Under the pieces are notes generated by a model. It did not search any database. It worked only from the letters and a program-made list of their open reading frames with translations, and was not told the origin of the DNA. A DNA stretch of 64,000 nucleotides from the NCBI GenBank assembly GCA_002269645.1, contig NIVC01001334.1, forward strand, positions 247,910 to 311,909, written 5' to 3'. The DNA is from Macrostomum lignano (lineage: Eukaryota). Every line of letters begins with the position of its first letter. Position 1 is the stretch's first letter. The position numbers and the translations under genes were made by a program. Below, in pieces: positions 49,050-60,462 of this stretch.

Positions 49050-49924
49050 GGCACGGGCGGGAAATACAGCAAATTTGAATGAAGTTTACAGAAGCCAAAT
49101 GAGGCCGGGCCTTATCAGTGCCTGCTGCTATCGGCTGGAAAGAAGAACTCTCGTTTCAGTGTCTTTCTGCCGAAATGGTGCCTGCCGAGCCAAGCTCTAC
49201 CTGTAGGCTCGGGGCCCAATTAATCAATTGGCTGAAGGCAGAGACTGAAAGGGAGGCAGAGAAATTCAAAGCAATTGCGAGCAAAGCAATTTCGCGTGAA
49301 AGCAGCAGCGTGTCTTCTGCGTTAACTCTGCCCGCTGCTTCGAGTCCGTTGGCTCTCTCTCTCTCCCGCCCCGGCAAAATTGTCTCCATGCTCAGCTTTT
49401 CTTCAACCCAATCTCTCTAGCAGCCTCACCGTGTCTCAAAATGCAGCCTCCTCAACTGAATTGAAACTGACAATTGCGACAGTCTGTGCGCGTCTCACAG
49501 TGCTCAAACAGCTCACCTGCCCCGCTGCTCCAAGCCGATAACTGTTTGGATAGAAACAAGTTGCCGAACTAAAATTAGGATAGCTAAATAGTGTCTGGAA
49601 ACATGATAAAAATATGTTTTTTTGCTGTTTCACCTCAAGGACTTCTAATTAAAACACCTAAGAAAAACAAACACTCGCTGTTAATGTGCGCTCATAACTT
49701 GCTGCCTAATCAATCTTATCTGGTCTCGGATAACAAACATATTGAGGAATTCGATTGGCAAAATTACCTGCTTTTGTCGCTTTTTTGCATCAGATGTGTG
49801 ATTTGATGTTGCTCATCTGATACTGGTTACTGATGCTTACAAGTGTATAGCCAGGGTGGGAGCAAGGGGGTCCGTGCCCCCACCCTCTAATCGGCTGGCA
49901 AAAGAATATGGCGCCCCTGACGCT

Positions 49925-50492
49925 GGCGCCATTTCAACTGAAATGGCACTCGCTCAAGTGAAATGGTGCTCACGCAAGTGAAATGGCGCTCACTCAAGTG
50001 AACTCGCGCTCACTCAAGTTAAATGGTGCTCACGCAAGTGAAATGGCGCTCACTCAAGTGAACTCGCGCTCACTCAAGTTAAATGGTGCTCACGCAAGTG
50101 AAATGGCGCTCACTCAATTGATCAAGTTAAACGGCGCTTGCTCAAGTGAAATTTCGCTCACTCAAGTAAATGGCGCTTACTCAAGTGAAATGGTGCTCGC
50201 TTAAGTGAAATAATGCTCACTTAAGTGAAATGGCGCTCGCTCAAGTGAAATGGTGCTCACTCAAGTTAAACGGCGCTTGTTCAAGTGAAATGGCGCTCAC
50301 TCAAGTGAACTCGCGCTCACTCAAGTTAAATGGTGCTCACGCAAGTGAAATGGCGCTCACTCAAGTGAAATGGCGCTCACTCAAGTTAAACGGCGCTTGG
50401 TCAAGTAAAATGGTGCTCACTCAAGTGAACTCGCTCTCACTCAAGTTAAATGGTGCTCACGCAAGTGAAAAGGCGCTCACTCGAGTGAAATG
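49925..50492. repeat. ~20-bp minisatellite (CACTCAAGTGAAATGGCGCT) with a 60-bp higher-order unit
   Basis: Exact 60-bp repeat at 49971-50090; 20-aa period in the ORF track. Confidence 0.9.
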
Positions 50493-50699
50493 GAGCCTAT
50501 CCATTACTTTGTAAAATGATCATGAGAAACGCATATAAGTTCTATCTTATAAATATTTATTAGGAGCAAATTTCTTTTTATTCTTCCAAATGCTGATCTG
50601 CATTCCTACTGTCATAAAATAATCATTAAATCACGTGACTAATGTACATAGAAATGAAATTCGATGCAAAAGTCGTCTGATCGCTATCGCCCTATCGCA

Positions 50700-51290
50700 A
50701 CCCCAAGTTAAAAGAAACCAAGGCTTAACCTTTGAGGTGGGCCCAGCCCCCGCAAGAAGGCATCGGCGACCCTCATCCGGCCGGTCTCTCGGACGAAGGC
50801 GCGAAGGTCACGGATGTTGTCCGGGGTAGTCAGCTCGGTCCATCCACTGCACTGGGGGTGGCCGAGGTGTTTGTTTGTGCCGCGCCTTATTGAAGTAACG
50901 GCAGAAGGTGACGTGATGCTCCAGTCTAATGTCATAGAAAAGACAGGTGGGAGGGCAGCCGGTTTGCAGCGAGATACGTCTCTGGGAGAATCCCTGACCG
51001 GTTCGGATCATGCAAATCTACCTGAGGTCGGTTCTGTTAAGTGGGATCAGATAATCAGAGACTTTTCTGTTCAGGTCAGACATTAAAGAGCGAGTCTGCC
51101 TGTAGGCGGTGCAGCTGTTCCAGTGGAGCTGGCGTTGCTGGTGGAGCCACCTGTTGATGTGGCGGCTGATTTGCGACCTTGGCATGGGTAGCTTCACCAG
51201 ACGGTGGCTGTGGGAATCCGTGAAGTCTGTGAAGTCATTGGCGCACCATGCAGTGCCGTAAAACATCGGAAGAAGCGGTTATTTAAATTT
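50700..51290 (-). mobile_element. Degenerate 3' end of a non-LTR retrotransposon ORF2 (C-terminal CCHC-type region)
   Basis: Joined frames read [62 protein letters not shown], resembling the post-RNaseH tail of I/Loa/R1-group LINEs; contains a stop and a frameshift. Confidence 0.6.
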
Positions 51291-51511
51291 TATCCCAGGC
51301 TATTGTAACTGGTTGAAGCAGAAAGTTGCAGAAAAAATGATGTATGAAATGAGCGCGTTTTCTCGCATCCAGTTTGTTTATACATGTATTTAGTGTGAAT
51401 TTCAGAGTTGTAAAAACATTTTTGTATTGTTTTATCAACGTGAGTTATATAAATTTGATAATGAAGTGCTTGAATAAAAAATAATTGTTAAACTCCGCTA
51501 AGACCAGGAAG

Positions 51512-54455
51512 TCACAGCCGCTGTTCCAGCAGGCACTCAACGTGCTCGGCCAGCCTCAGAACTCGGGGCATTTTGAATTGCGCCTCGCTGATGTCCGGGT
51601 TCAGCTCCATCATTCTGCGTCGGAGTGTACCAAAAGCTCCCGGTTGCACTTGCACGACCGTCATGGTGTCGATGTCGCCTTCCGATCTGAACAGATTGTA
51701 GTCCTCCAGCGAGTCGCGCAGCGCCTTGTCGAACTGAAATGTGTTAAGAATATTAGGCTCCCGATTCTACTGCCTACTGTACCAACTGAAGCAAACATAA
51801 ATGCAAGTTCTTGTTTACATGGTTTCCTTGATCGGCGACCTGAAGTGTCAGTCAATTCTATTCTGATAATTTTATTTCACCTGCCGTATGGCAGATGTGC
51901 AACCGACAACTCAGCCGCAGCTATTGTGTTGTAAGGCTCGTACATCTGAAGGCTCGTACGTCTGTTCAGTCCAAGGACTGGGGGGTCGCCGCACACACCC
52001 TCAATTACCCCAGCTAATGCGGCACCCATTTTACAACTGGATGAACTGAAGCAATGCAGAGTTAAGTGTCTTGCTCAAGGACACAAAAAACACCTTTCAG
52101 TCGTTAGTCCGACGCTCTAACCACTCGGCTACAACTCCCTGAATAAACAAACTGAATCTAAACAAAGTAAACCATCCAGGCTCCAAAAAAGACTCACCAC
52201 CAACAGCTCATCCTCTACCAACACTCTGGAGCTGTCCAGCTCAACAAAAATGATGTAAAACTTGGTTTCTTTTGACGTTCCGGTGATCGACTCGTACAGA
52301 AAGCAGTCGGTGGCCGAGAAGTCCACGATCTCGCATCCCAGCCTGCGGGCAGCGAGAGCTACGCAGTTCTGAAGGCTCTTCTCGGTTGTTTTTTCGACAT
52401 GCACGGCCAGAACGTGGGACTTTCTGAAAGTTTCAATTACAAGCGTGCGATCTCTGTTACGAGGTAAAAGCAGTTTGTCAAGGAACACACGTTGGCCATA
52501 ATAGTGTATAATATATGCTTGCGTTGACGTTCATCAGTATCCAGGTAGCCCAATTCAATGTTAGTAAAGAAATTTCTTGTAGTTCCTGATATGCTACCAA
52601 ATTGCCAGAAGTTTCTAACGAAAAGCAGAGCTCTATAAAATACCTGTGCGATATCTCGAAGACCGGCGCGCATCCGTCCATCTTAGTCACCTTGATTACG
52701 TCACCGACACGAAGCCGGAAGCAGTTAAACGAGGTGGAGACAGTCTCGTAGAGCTGGCCAACCTTCAGCTCGTGCGCCAGCAGCGGCTCCCCCAAGTCAT
52801 TGCCGTCAGCGTCGATTGGAATGAACTCGACGAAGGAGCCGGACAAGAAAGGATGGTAAGTTTCCGGTCGGTCGTCCGTTTCTAAGTTTAGGTTTATTCC
52901 GAACAGGCCTTCTGTGCTTATTATGAAAGGACAGAAGGTCGGAACATTTCCGAGGTACTTTTTGAGAAAACGGTAGGGCGACTCAAACGAGCCAGACCGA
53001 GCGAGCATTACAAACGGGACGTCGGGCCAGGCCTTTTCAAAGAAACCGCTCAAGTCCTTTCCATCGCCGAACAGGGATCTGAGTTGGGCCGCTCGCTCCG
53101 GCTTCGGACTAAGATACTGGTTTAAAAGACTGAGCAACTCTTTGTCCACATCCTTCAGCTTTTCAGCACTGAGCTTGCCGTTCTCAATGTCAGACAGCAC
53201 CGAGTCCCAGTTGGAGCTCACGCAGCGCACGAGAGAGATCAGGTTGGTGGGGAAGAACACGTTCACTTCGCCAATCTGCTCGTGCCACAGGGCGAACACG
53301 GAGTGAACGTAAAATCCCGTGTCAGCGTCGTGAATCTTCTTAAACGCTTCAACTGGCGTCGTGTAAATGTCGACTAAAAAGCATTAAAAAGTGTTTACAC
53401 TCATTAGTTAATAGCGAGCTATAAAAAGTGTATCAGCCCCAACCTGCTGCTGAAAATTGGTATCCCAGCGCTACTCACCAGGAGTGTGAAAATATTTAGT
53501 CAGTGGTGCGATCGGAACACCGAACTCGTTCTGCCTATCTTTGGGTAGATTTCTGACCACAAAAAGCCGTTTAAGCTTATATTGCCTGCCATGGCGGCTG
53601 GCCAGCAGCTCCCTGGTGTAATACACCAGCATGAAGATGGACATCAGCGAACGCTCAGCGATGGGCCGAATCACCGAGAACGTCTTGTTCTTGCCCGTAG
53701 TGCCGCTAGTCTTGAACAGGCAGTCCGGCCGGCCTTTGAAGTAGACGTCCGGCTCGCCACGGTAGGCCAGCTGGTTGTACTTGTCCAGTTCGTTGTAGTT
53801 CCGCACAGGAACTCGGGCCCGAAAGTCTTCGATGCCGCGCACCTCCGCGAAGCCGTGGTCTTGCCCGAAAATCGTCTCGCGACTCTGCTCGACCAACTGC
53901 ATCAGGGTTTGCTGCTGCTTAGCCCGCATCGCGCTGCCGGATTTGTACGCTCTTTTCAGATCCCACACCGAGTACCTGGCCCAGGTGACGCCTAGCAGTT
54001 TCAAAAGTGACAGCATCAAAAAGCCGCGCCAGCCGAGGGTGTTGCAGGGCTGCTGCAGCCGTAGGTATTGGCTCACGACGGCCGCAGTGACTGACAGAGT
54101 GGCCAACACCCCTACAGAAAGAGATGTCACTTTTGAGACTTGAATGAACAGCCTGGAAATGTGCTTAGCTGTATCTCATAAAAAGTTGGGAGCTCGTTAA
54201 AGAGCTCCCAACATGGCCACTGTGAGAAGTGGCAATACGACTGTTTGGTTTCTAGGATGGCCACATTCCCACATTCAGGATTACACGTATATTTATAATC
54301 CCCCCATGATTTTTGTCAACATGTTCAAATCGCTTACCGAACGCGGCGAAGGTGAGGGGGCCGCCGGAGAGTTGCAGCATCGCAAAAGCGAGGCCGGACA
54401 GCAGCAGGGCAGCCGCTGCCGTTGCCAAATTCAGCAGCTCTTCGTACGTTCGCAT
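51512..54455 (-). CDS. GHDC: GH3/GHDC-like acyl-amido-synthetase-like protein, paralog B, intact, 5 exons, ~642 aa, hydrophobic N-terminus
   Basis: Exons 54455-54338, 54111-53479, 53373-52644, 52423-52198 and 51733-51512, phase-consistent (1929 nt). VPVRNY, KTSGTTGKNK, STEG, VEFIP, RLRVGDV and QFKMPR motifs. Confidence 0.9.
51994..52131 (+). mobile_element. L2/MIR-like 3' tail (SINE/LINE remnant) in the last intron of GH3 paralog B
   Basis: AGTTAAGTGTCTTGCTCAAGGACAC...AGTCCGACGCTCTAACCACT; a second copy lies at ~21085. Confidence 0.65.
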
Positions 54456-54570
54456 GTAACTGGCCAACCTTGGTTATTGAAAGGCGAGCAAAGCAAGAAT
54501 ATCGCCAGCCAGCCAAATAAACAGGCAGCCGAAAACCTTGTAGAACCCTCGCAAATACAATCGACATATA

Positions 54571-54622
<52 letters not shown>
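54571..54622. repeat. (GA)n microsatellite upstream of GH3 paralog B
   Basis: Direct inspection. Confidence 0.97.
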
Positions 54623-54625
<3 letters not shown>

Positions 54626-55199
54626 TGCGGCGGCCTACTCATTTTATGGTCTATCTTTGCTAGCCGTGAGACTTATTGATACAGAAAGCCTTTTGTTGAG
54701 TATTGCGAGTATGAGTATACACTGGCAGCAGCCGGTTTGATCTTGTGTGCACGAGGCGGCAGAATAGGCAGGGTGCTCGGGCTTGAAGCGTGACTTTTTG
54801 CGCGACAGTAATTATACAATTGCAGCCTTACAATAGAAAGTATTTCCCTCAGTACGCAAAATGCGCAAAAGACCGAACGGATTACGAGCGTACAAAGAAT
54901 CCCTTGGAGCTTTTATTAATCAGCTCAATTTACTACTTAATGATGCAGTTTAGCAGTATTTTCAAAAGTGAATATATTTGGAAAGTGTCACACGCTAGCA
55001 GCGCCACTGATCAATTTAAAAAGGGATCCGAGCCAACTGTGCACTGATTTGTGCATTCTTTGATCCGCTAAGCGGTAATTTAAACCGGCTTTTACAAATA
55101 TGAATAAGCCAATAGCAAAAATTCAAGTATTGGGCTACCGAAATTGGTTCAGCGACACATTGTAGGTACACAACGATTCACAATTCCTAAATATAGCGC

Positions 55200-55736
55200 T
55201 CACAGGCACCCGTCCAACAGGCACCGCAGGCTGTCTTCGCTCCTGAGAACTCTCGGCATTTTGAACTGAAACTCGCTGATGCCATCATTCCGCCTCATCA
55301 TCTGCAGGCGCAGCGCAGCGAACGCCCCCAGTTTCACCTGCAGCACTTGCATCGTGTCGATGCGGCCGCCGACTCTCATCTGGTCGTAGTGTTCGGAGCT
55401 CTCGCGAAGGGTCTGGTCAAACTGTGTGAGAGAGAGGGGGAGAGCTGCATCCAGTCACTGTGGTGGGTCACGACTCACCGCGAAAGTCCCGCCCGCAAAG
55501 TCATCGTTACCAGCTGCTTGTCGTCTTCAGCGAGACGCCTGTCTCCGTCGAGCTCAACGAACAGCGCGTAGTACTTGGTCCCGCGGCAGGTTCCGGCCAC
55601 CGGCTCGTACAGAAAGCATTCAGCCGCCGAGAAGTCAATCACGTGACAGTTGAGTCTCTCAGCGGCCAGTAGGACGCAGGATTGAAGGGCGTTCTCGGTG
55701 GTCTTTTCAGCATCAACCGACAGCATGTGAGACTTC
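55200..55736 (-). CDS. GHDC: GH3/GHDC-like paralog C, last two exons only within the window
   Basis: Exons 55736-55511 (226 nt, KSHMLSVDAEKTTEN...) and 55421-55200 (222 nt, FDQTL...QFKMPRVL...*) have the same lengths and phases as paralog B exons 4 and 5. Confidence 0.85.
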
Positions 55737-56715
55737 CTGTACAGTTTTGATAAAAAATGTTGGCAACCAGCGTTAGTCAGCTATAATTAGCTTTGCAGAG
55801 GGGATTTTGGCGCTGCCACAAATAAAAGTTAAAATGAATAGGCAAGTGTGTAAGTCATGCCCTGCTCACCCATGAGCACGCACATGCATGCGGATCATGG
55901 ATGAAGGAATAGAAAGGATCCAAAGAGTTTTGAGGTCGCCTAGTATACCCTGTGGGGAATTTCAGTGCGCCCAACAGTTCGCCGACGGCGGCGCCCCACT
56001 GGGGGCGACTGTGCGCCAAAGCGTACTGCTGGGTCTACGCCGCGCCGGCGCCCCGAGGGGTCCGGGGCGCAAGGTAGATTTTTTTCTGAAAAAATATGCT
56101 ATTTACCTACTGTTAGTAGTATGTTAAGAGCATGCTGCAACAGAATCTTTTAAAGGAGGATTTTTTTCCAGCTTTGCGACCCTGCAGCTACTGGGCCAGT
56201 AGGCCTTGTATACTGCTAGGCATTGCACCAAATGCACTTTGTTTTTGTTGTAACTTCGTCCTGTTCTTGCTCGTTGTCATTTGAGACAATTTGAGACGCA
56301 CTAATTTGAAGAAAAAAATCGTATATATCAATTTATGCGTAATATATATATATAGAAATTTTCATTTCATTTTTACTTTAAGTAGCATATATTATATTGC
56401 AACTGTTTTCATAGATCTTGAGCGACAATATATTGACAATATACAAAATAAAATACTATATTATTATTTCTACACTTTGGAGTTACAATTATAACAATTT
56501 GCAAAAACAGTAAAACATTTACAGGAATTCGTAATCGAGTAACAGAAATATGAAATAACAGTAGAGTAATCCGAAGGGCAAAATACAGAATAGGTAAATG
56601 AAAATGAATAAACATGCAAGACAGCGAACATGGGACAAAGTTAAAATAATAATACACTGAGTCGAGTAATAATGGAGGAAAATCCAAAGACGGTTTTGAT
56701 TGATTGGTTCTTCGC

Positions 56716-59700
56716 CTAAGGCGCCTTAGTCAGACGATGTACATGTATCTGGCTCATCTTCGGAAGACGAGATTCGCGGATGACGGGCTGCGCCATCTGT
56801 CTTTCGCCTTTTGTGGCTTCTGCTTGTTGATGAAGCAGAGGCGGCAGCAGGTGGCAGCCGTGGCGTTGACGACTGTGTCGCCCTGACTGCAGAGGAAACT
56901 GCAGCAGCCTGCAGCCGCCGCCTTGGTGGCGGCAGAGGCGCAGCAGCAGCGGTGGTGGCGGCAACAGCATTCGGCGGCTGGGGGCGGGGTGCGCTGGAGC
57001 CGTTTTTCGCCGATGGGATCGCTTTGACGCTCGGTCGTTCCCGCGCTTAAGCATGTCAATTACCGCATTCTTCACATCATCAAATTTTGGCCGTCCGTGG
57101 TCTTCAGACAGGCCGTATATGACAGTGATGGCATCTGTGGAAATTAAAGTTTGGGGGAACCTCGAATTGTCTAATTTGTATAGGTCTACAGGACATAAAT
57201 GTATACTTCTACTTGATAATTCACCGTGAAGAAAGTACGAGTACAATGACCGGATGAGCGAATTAAAAGACATTCGCGATGACTAATGTCAGCTAATGTG
57301 TTTACGTATTATAAGTGGCATAGGCTGCAGCATTTTACTTAGCTTGTAAGTCTTTACGAGTAAGTCTTCGTTCCTAGGTACTTTGAAATAAAACTCTTTT
57401 TTATTCGTTTCTTTTAATCTCTTTTAATATAAATTTCTCCCTCTCTCTTTTTGTACATGATGACAGGGATGACGGGTATGAAGACAGGCGGAAATGAAGG
57501 AAGAGACAACACCATTCTTACCTTGAAATCTCGGACAAAAGACACTCTGAAATGCCATCTGGCTTTCCGTTAGGACCGTCTCTACTCCGGCGCCTCGGGC
57601 TCTGTCTGGCAAATGTTGGCCATTGTAATTTACAACTGCCTGAATTTGGTCAGAGAGGGTGCAATCCAGCATCGCCCTGAGTGTCTGCTGCCATGACTCC
57701 CGCCGACAGAGTCGCAGTAGAAGCCTCTGGAGTGAATAATTGCGAATAATACTTTGTGAAGGAGTAAAGAATTATATTGCGAATGAATCGGAATGATTGA
57801 TCAATCATAATACTTTAGGACTGTGAAAAAAGATAAAACATTAATTCCTTAATTCTATACTATTGTAAAGAGCGACTTGGAATTTATTGGTATGGGAAAC
57901 TAAGCTTATACTTATTGCTTTTCCCTGTACTGAATTGTATAATTCTTCACTTCTATTAACAAAATTGACAATGTATACTACTACAAGTACTTCATTCCAA
58001 GTTCATCCAAAACGATACTATCAAAGAAGACATAAATTGAAAACTTACCAGCGATGTCAAATGCTCTGCGGGCATCTCGACTACAAAGTCGACATATTGC
58101 TGCCAACTTGAAATGGGCCAGAAGTTGGTCTCCGGCGCAGCCTGTGGGTCCAATGCTGCAGTGAGCCGCATCACTTCTGCCCGCAAACCCGTCAATTCAT
58201 TAATTAAACGATTAATTAATGCCTCCTGGTGGACATGTCGCACCTCGGACTCGCGCAACACGGTCAGCAGAACGAACAGCAGGCCCTGACTGCTGTCAAT
58301 ACGATCAGGAATTGCCCGCTGAAATTGGTCTCGCAGTGATCGTATCGCATAGGGCCACTGACAGCGGTCTCCAGCTGACTCAATGAAAACTTCCGAGGTT
58401 GCAGCAGCGGAAGTGATGGCAGCGGAGGAGGTGATAGCAGCGGCGGAGGTGATGGCAGCGGTCGAGGTGATGACAGCGGCAGACGTGATGGTACCGGCCT
58501 TCGGCACAGTGGAATCATCCACTCGATGCAAGCGCCTCGGTCGAGGCGTTGGTGGCTGGAATGGTAGTGATCCTTTGTGTGATCAAACGAAAATTGGCCT
58601 TATTTGATGGCGGTGTGAATGAGCCTTTAATATGGCGCCCCTCAGATGAAAAAATAACAACATAACAAATAGACGTACTGGCTCATCCATTGCCATCGTC
58701 GCGTTATTCATCGTCGCGTCTTCGGGCTCCTCTTCGATGTCCTCTGGCTAAATAAGACGGGGTAAGTGAGTGGTGGTGTTGGATTGATTAGGTAAATTTA
58801 CCCTCTCCGATCATCTCGATTCTCTACCCTCTACATATGATCATTTGTCCACCCTTTATGACTCTCTCTACCTCTCTCTCCATGATATGATTGACCAAGA
58901 GGAGACTAAGAGGAGTGAAAATTAGTTAAGGAGTGACACCAGCTGAGTAAGTTAGAAAAGACTAATAAACTTACTGACTGATTCACCGACTGCGTCGCGT
59001 TCTCAGAGTGATTCCCAGGGACAGGGTGGTCAATGAGTCGCAGAGGTGGTGGCGCCGAATCCGCATCGTCCTCCCCCACTTCGTGGTCCTCTGGCTGAAT
59101 CAGACGGCAGACAGGGGTGATTAAGATTTGGATTAAATGCAGCTTGTTTCGAAAATGTGACGGAAGGACTGACTGACTGCAGGAGTGACATTTTAGTGAC
59201 AGAAGGAGTGACACAGGGTGAAGGAGTGTGTGTGGTTAAAAAATGAAAAACTTACTGGCTCATTCACCGTCTCAACCTCGTTGGGTGGCGACATTGGAAG
59301 CAATTGGGCGGCTGTGTGTGCCACGTCAGCTAATTTAAATGTAGCATTCCCTTCGGCTTCGCTCACAGCCTGAGCCTCAAAAAAGGCTTCGGTGTCTGAT
59401 GCGGAGCCTGTTTCAATATCCTGTGGAACGAAATGACGAATACTTGTTGCGAATAATGTGTGTTTGTCTTTTGTAGCGGATTTAAACATTTGCTCGCCCA
59501 ATACACAGTTATATACTATAGATTGTAGAGTCATATAGACTATAGGACATAAGTTAATGAGAACTGTACTCCGTACTGCCGAACACTATACTGAGAATAG
59601 AATCCCGAATGTTGGCCCGTTGAACGTTTACCTGCGTTTGATAAGTGCGTCTTGCTACTCTGGCGTCGGCTTCAGTGAAAACTCTTGGTTGCAGCTTTTC

Positions 59701-60179
59701 GAGGATCAGGCCGAGTCGTTGCTTTTTCGCCACGAGTTTCCGGATATAGCGGATGCTAATCGACTCGTCTGACAGAATAACCTTTCGGGGAAGTCGTGAA
59801 GGTGACGTAGTTATATAAATCAAATGTAAGTGTGAACTGTCAGTGCAGATTTTATTTAGTCCATTCTAATCCATTCTATTTTGTTTATCTTTCTTTATAG
59901 AAATGGCACGTCACATATCGGTGGACAGTCCCATTATAAAGACAAGGGTCATTAAAGGTCAAGCCAAAGAATCACATTTATAACATAACTTACTTGCAAA
60001 ATCACTGCCGTGTAGGAGCGCCCTTCGTAAGTCACGCTGCAGCTCCACATATCCGTGGACTGCCTGTGATTGAGCCATTCGACCTCCGTTAGCGAAGCTA
60101 AATGTGCAGGCAGCTGTATGCTTTCACTATCGACCTCAATTACTTGTCTATCTTCTCTAAAGATAATCACAAACTTCAT
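56716..60179 (-). CDS. Multi-exon DUF4806-like transposon accessory gene (~8 exons; boundaries approximate)
   Basis: N-terminal MKFVIIF..VIEV..W segment, acidic/low-complexity middle, coiled coil, then WPISS..., LRAMLDCTLSDQIQAVVNYNG and ..VKNAVIDMLKRGNDR, resembling DUF4806 proteins. Splice-like GT/AG sites bound each coding block. Confidence 0.6.
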
Positions 60180-60462
60180 GGTTCGGAATAATCAGATATC
60201 GGTTTAGCAGAGTGGCATGGGTTCAGCGCCACATGAAGGGCACAATTGAATTGTATATAAAATTCTTCATCGCCCACCCCCTTTCCATTGACTCCTCTGA
60301 GCCAATAGGATTCTTCGGAGAGAATTCTTTAGCAGAACCCCACACTCACCCGGGTCCTCCTATTAGAGGTGCCCGAATGAAACTCGACCTTCGATAAAAA
60401 TTAATTCTGTAAATTCAGTAAATTCAATAATTAATAATTAAAGTAAATTCATTCCATAAACA

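Noticed and set aside
55940-56210. Candidate left TIR of the CACTA-like element (CCC.../...CTGCTGGG motifs, small palindromes)
   Set aside because: No matching inverted partner or TSD was found before the window end.
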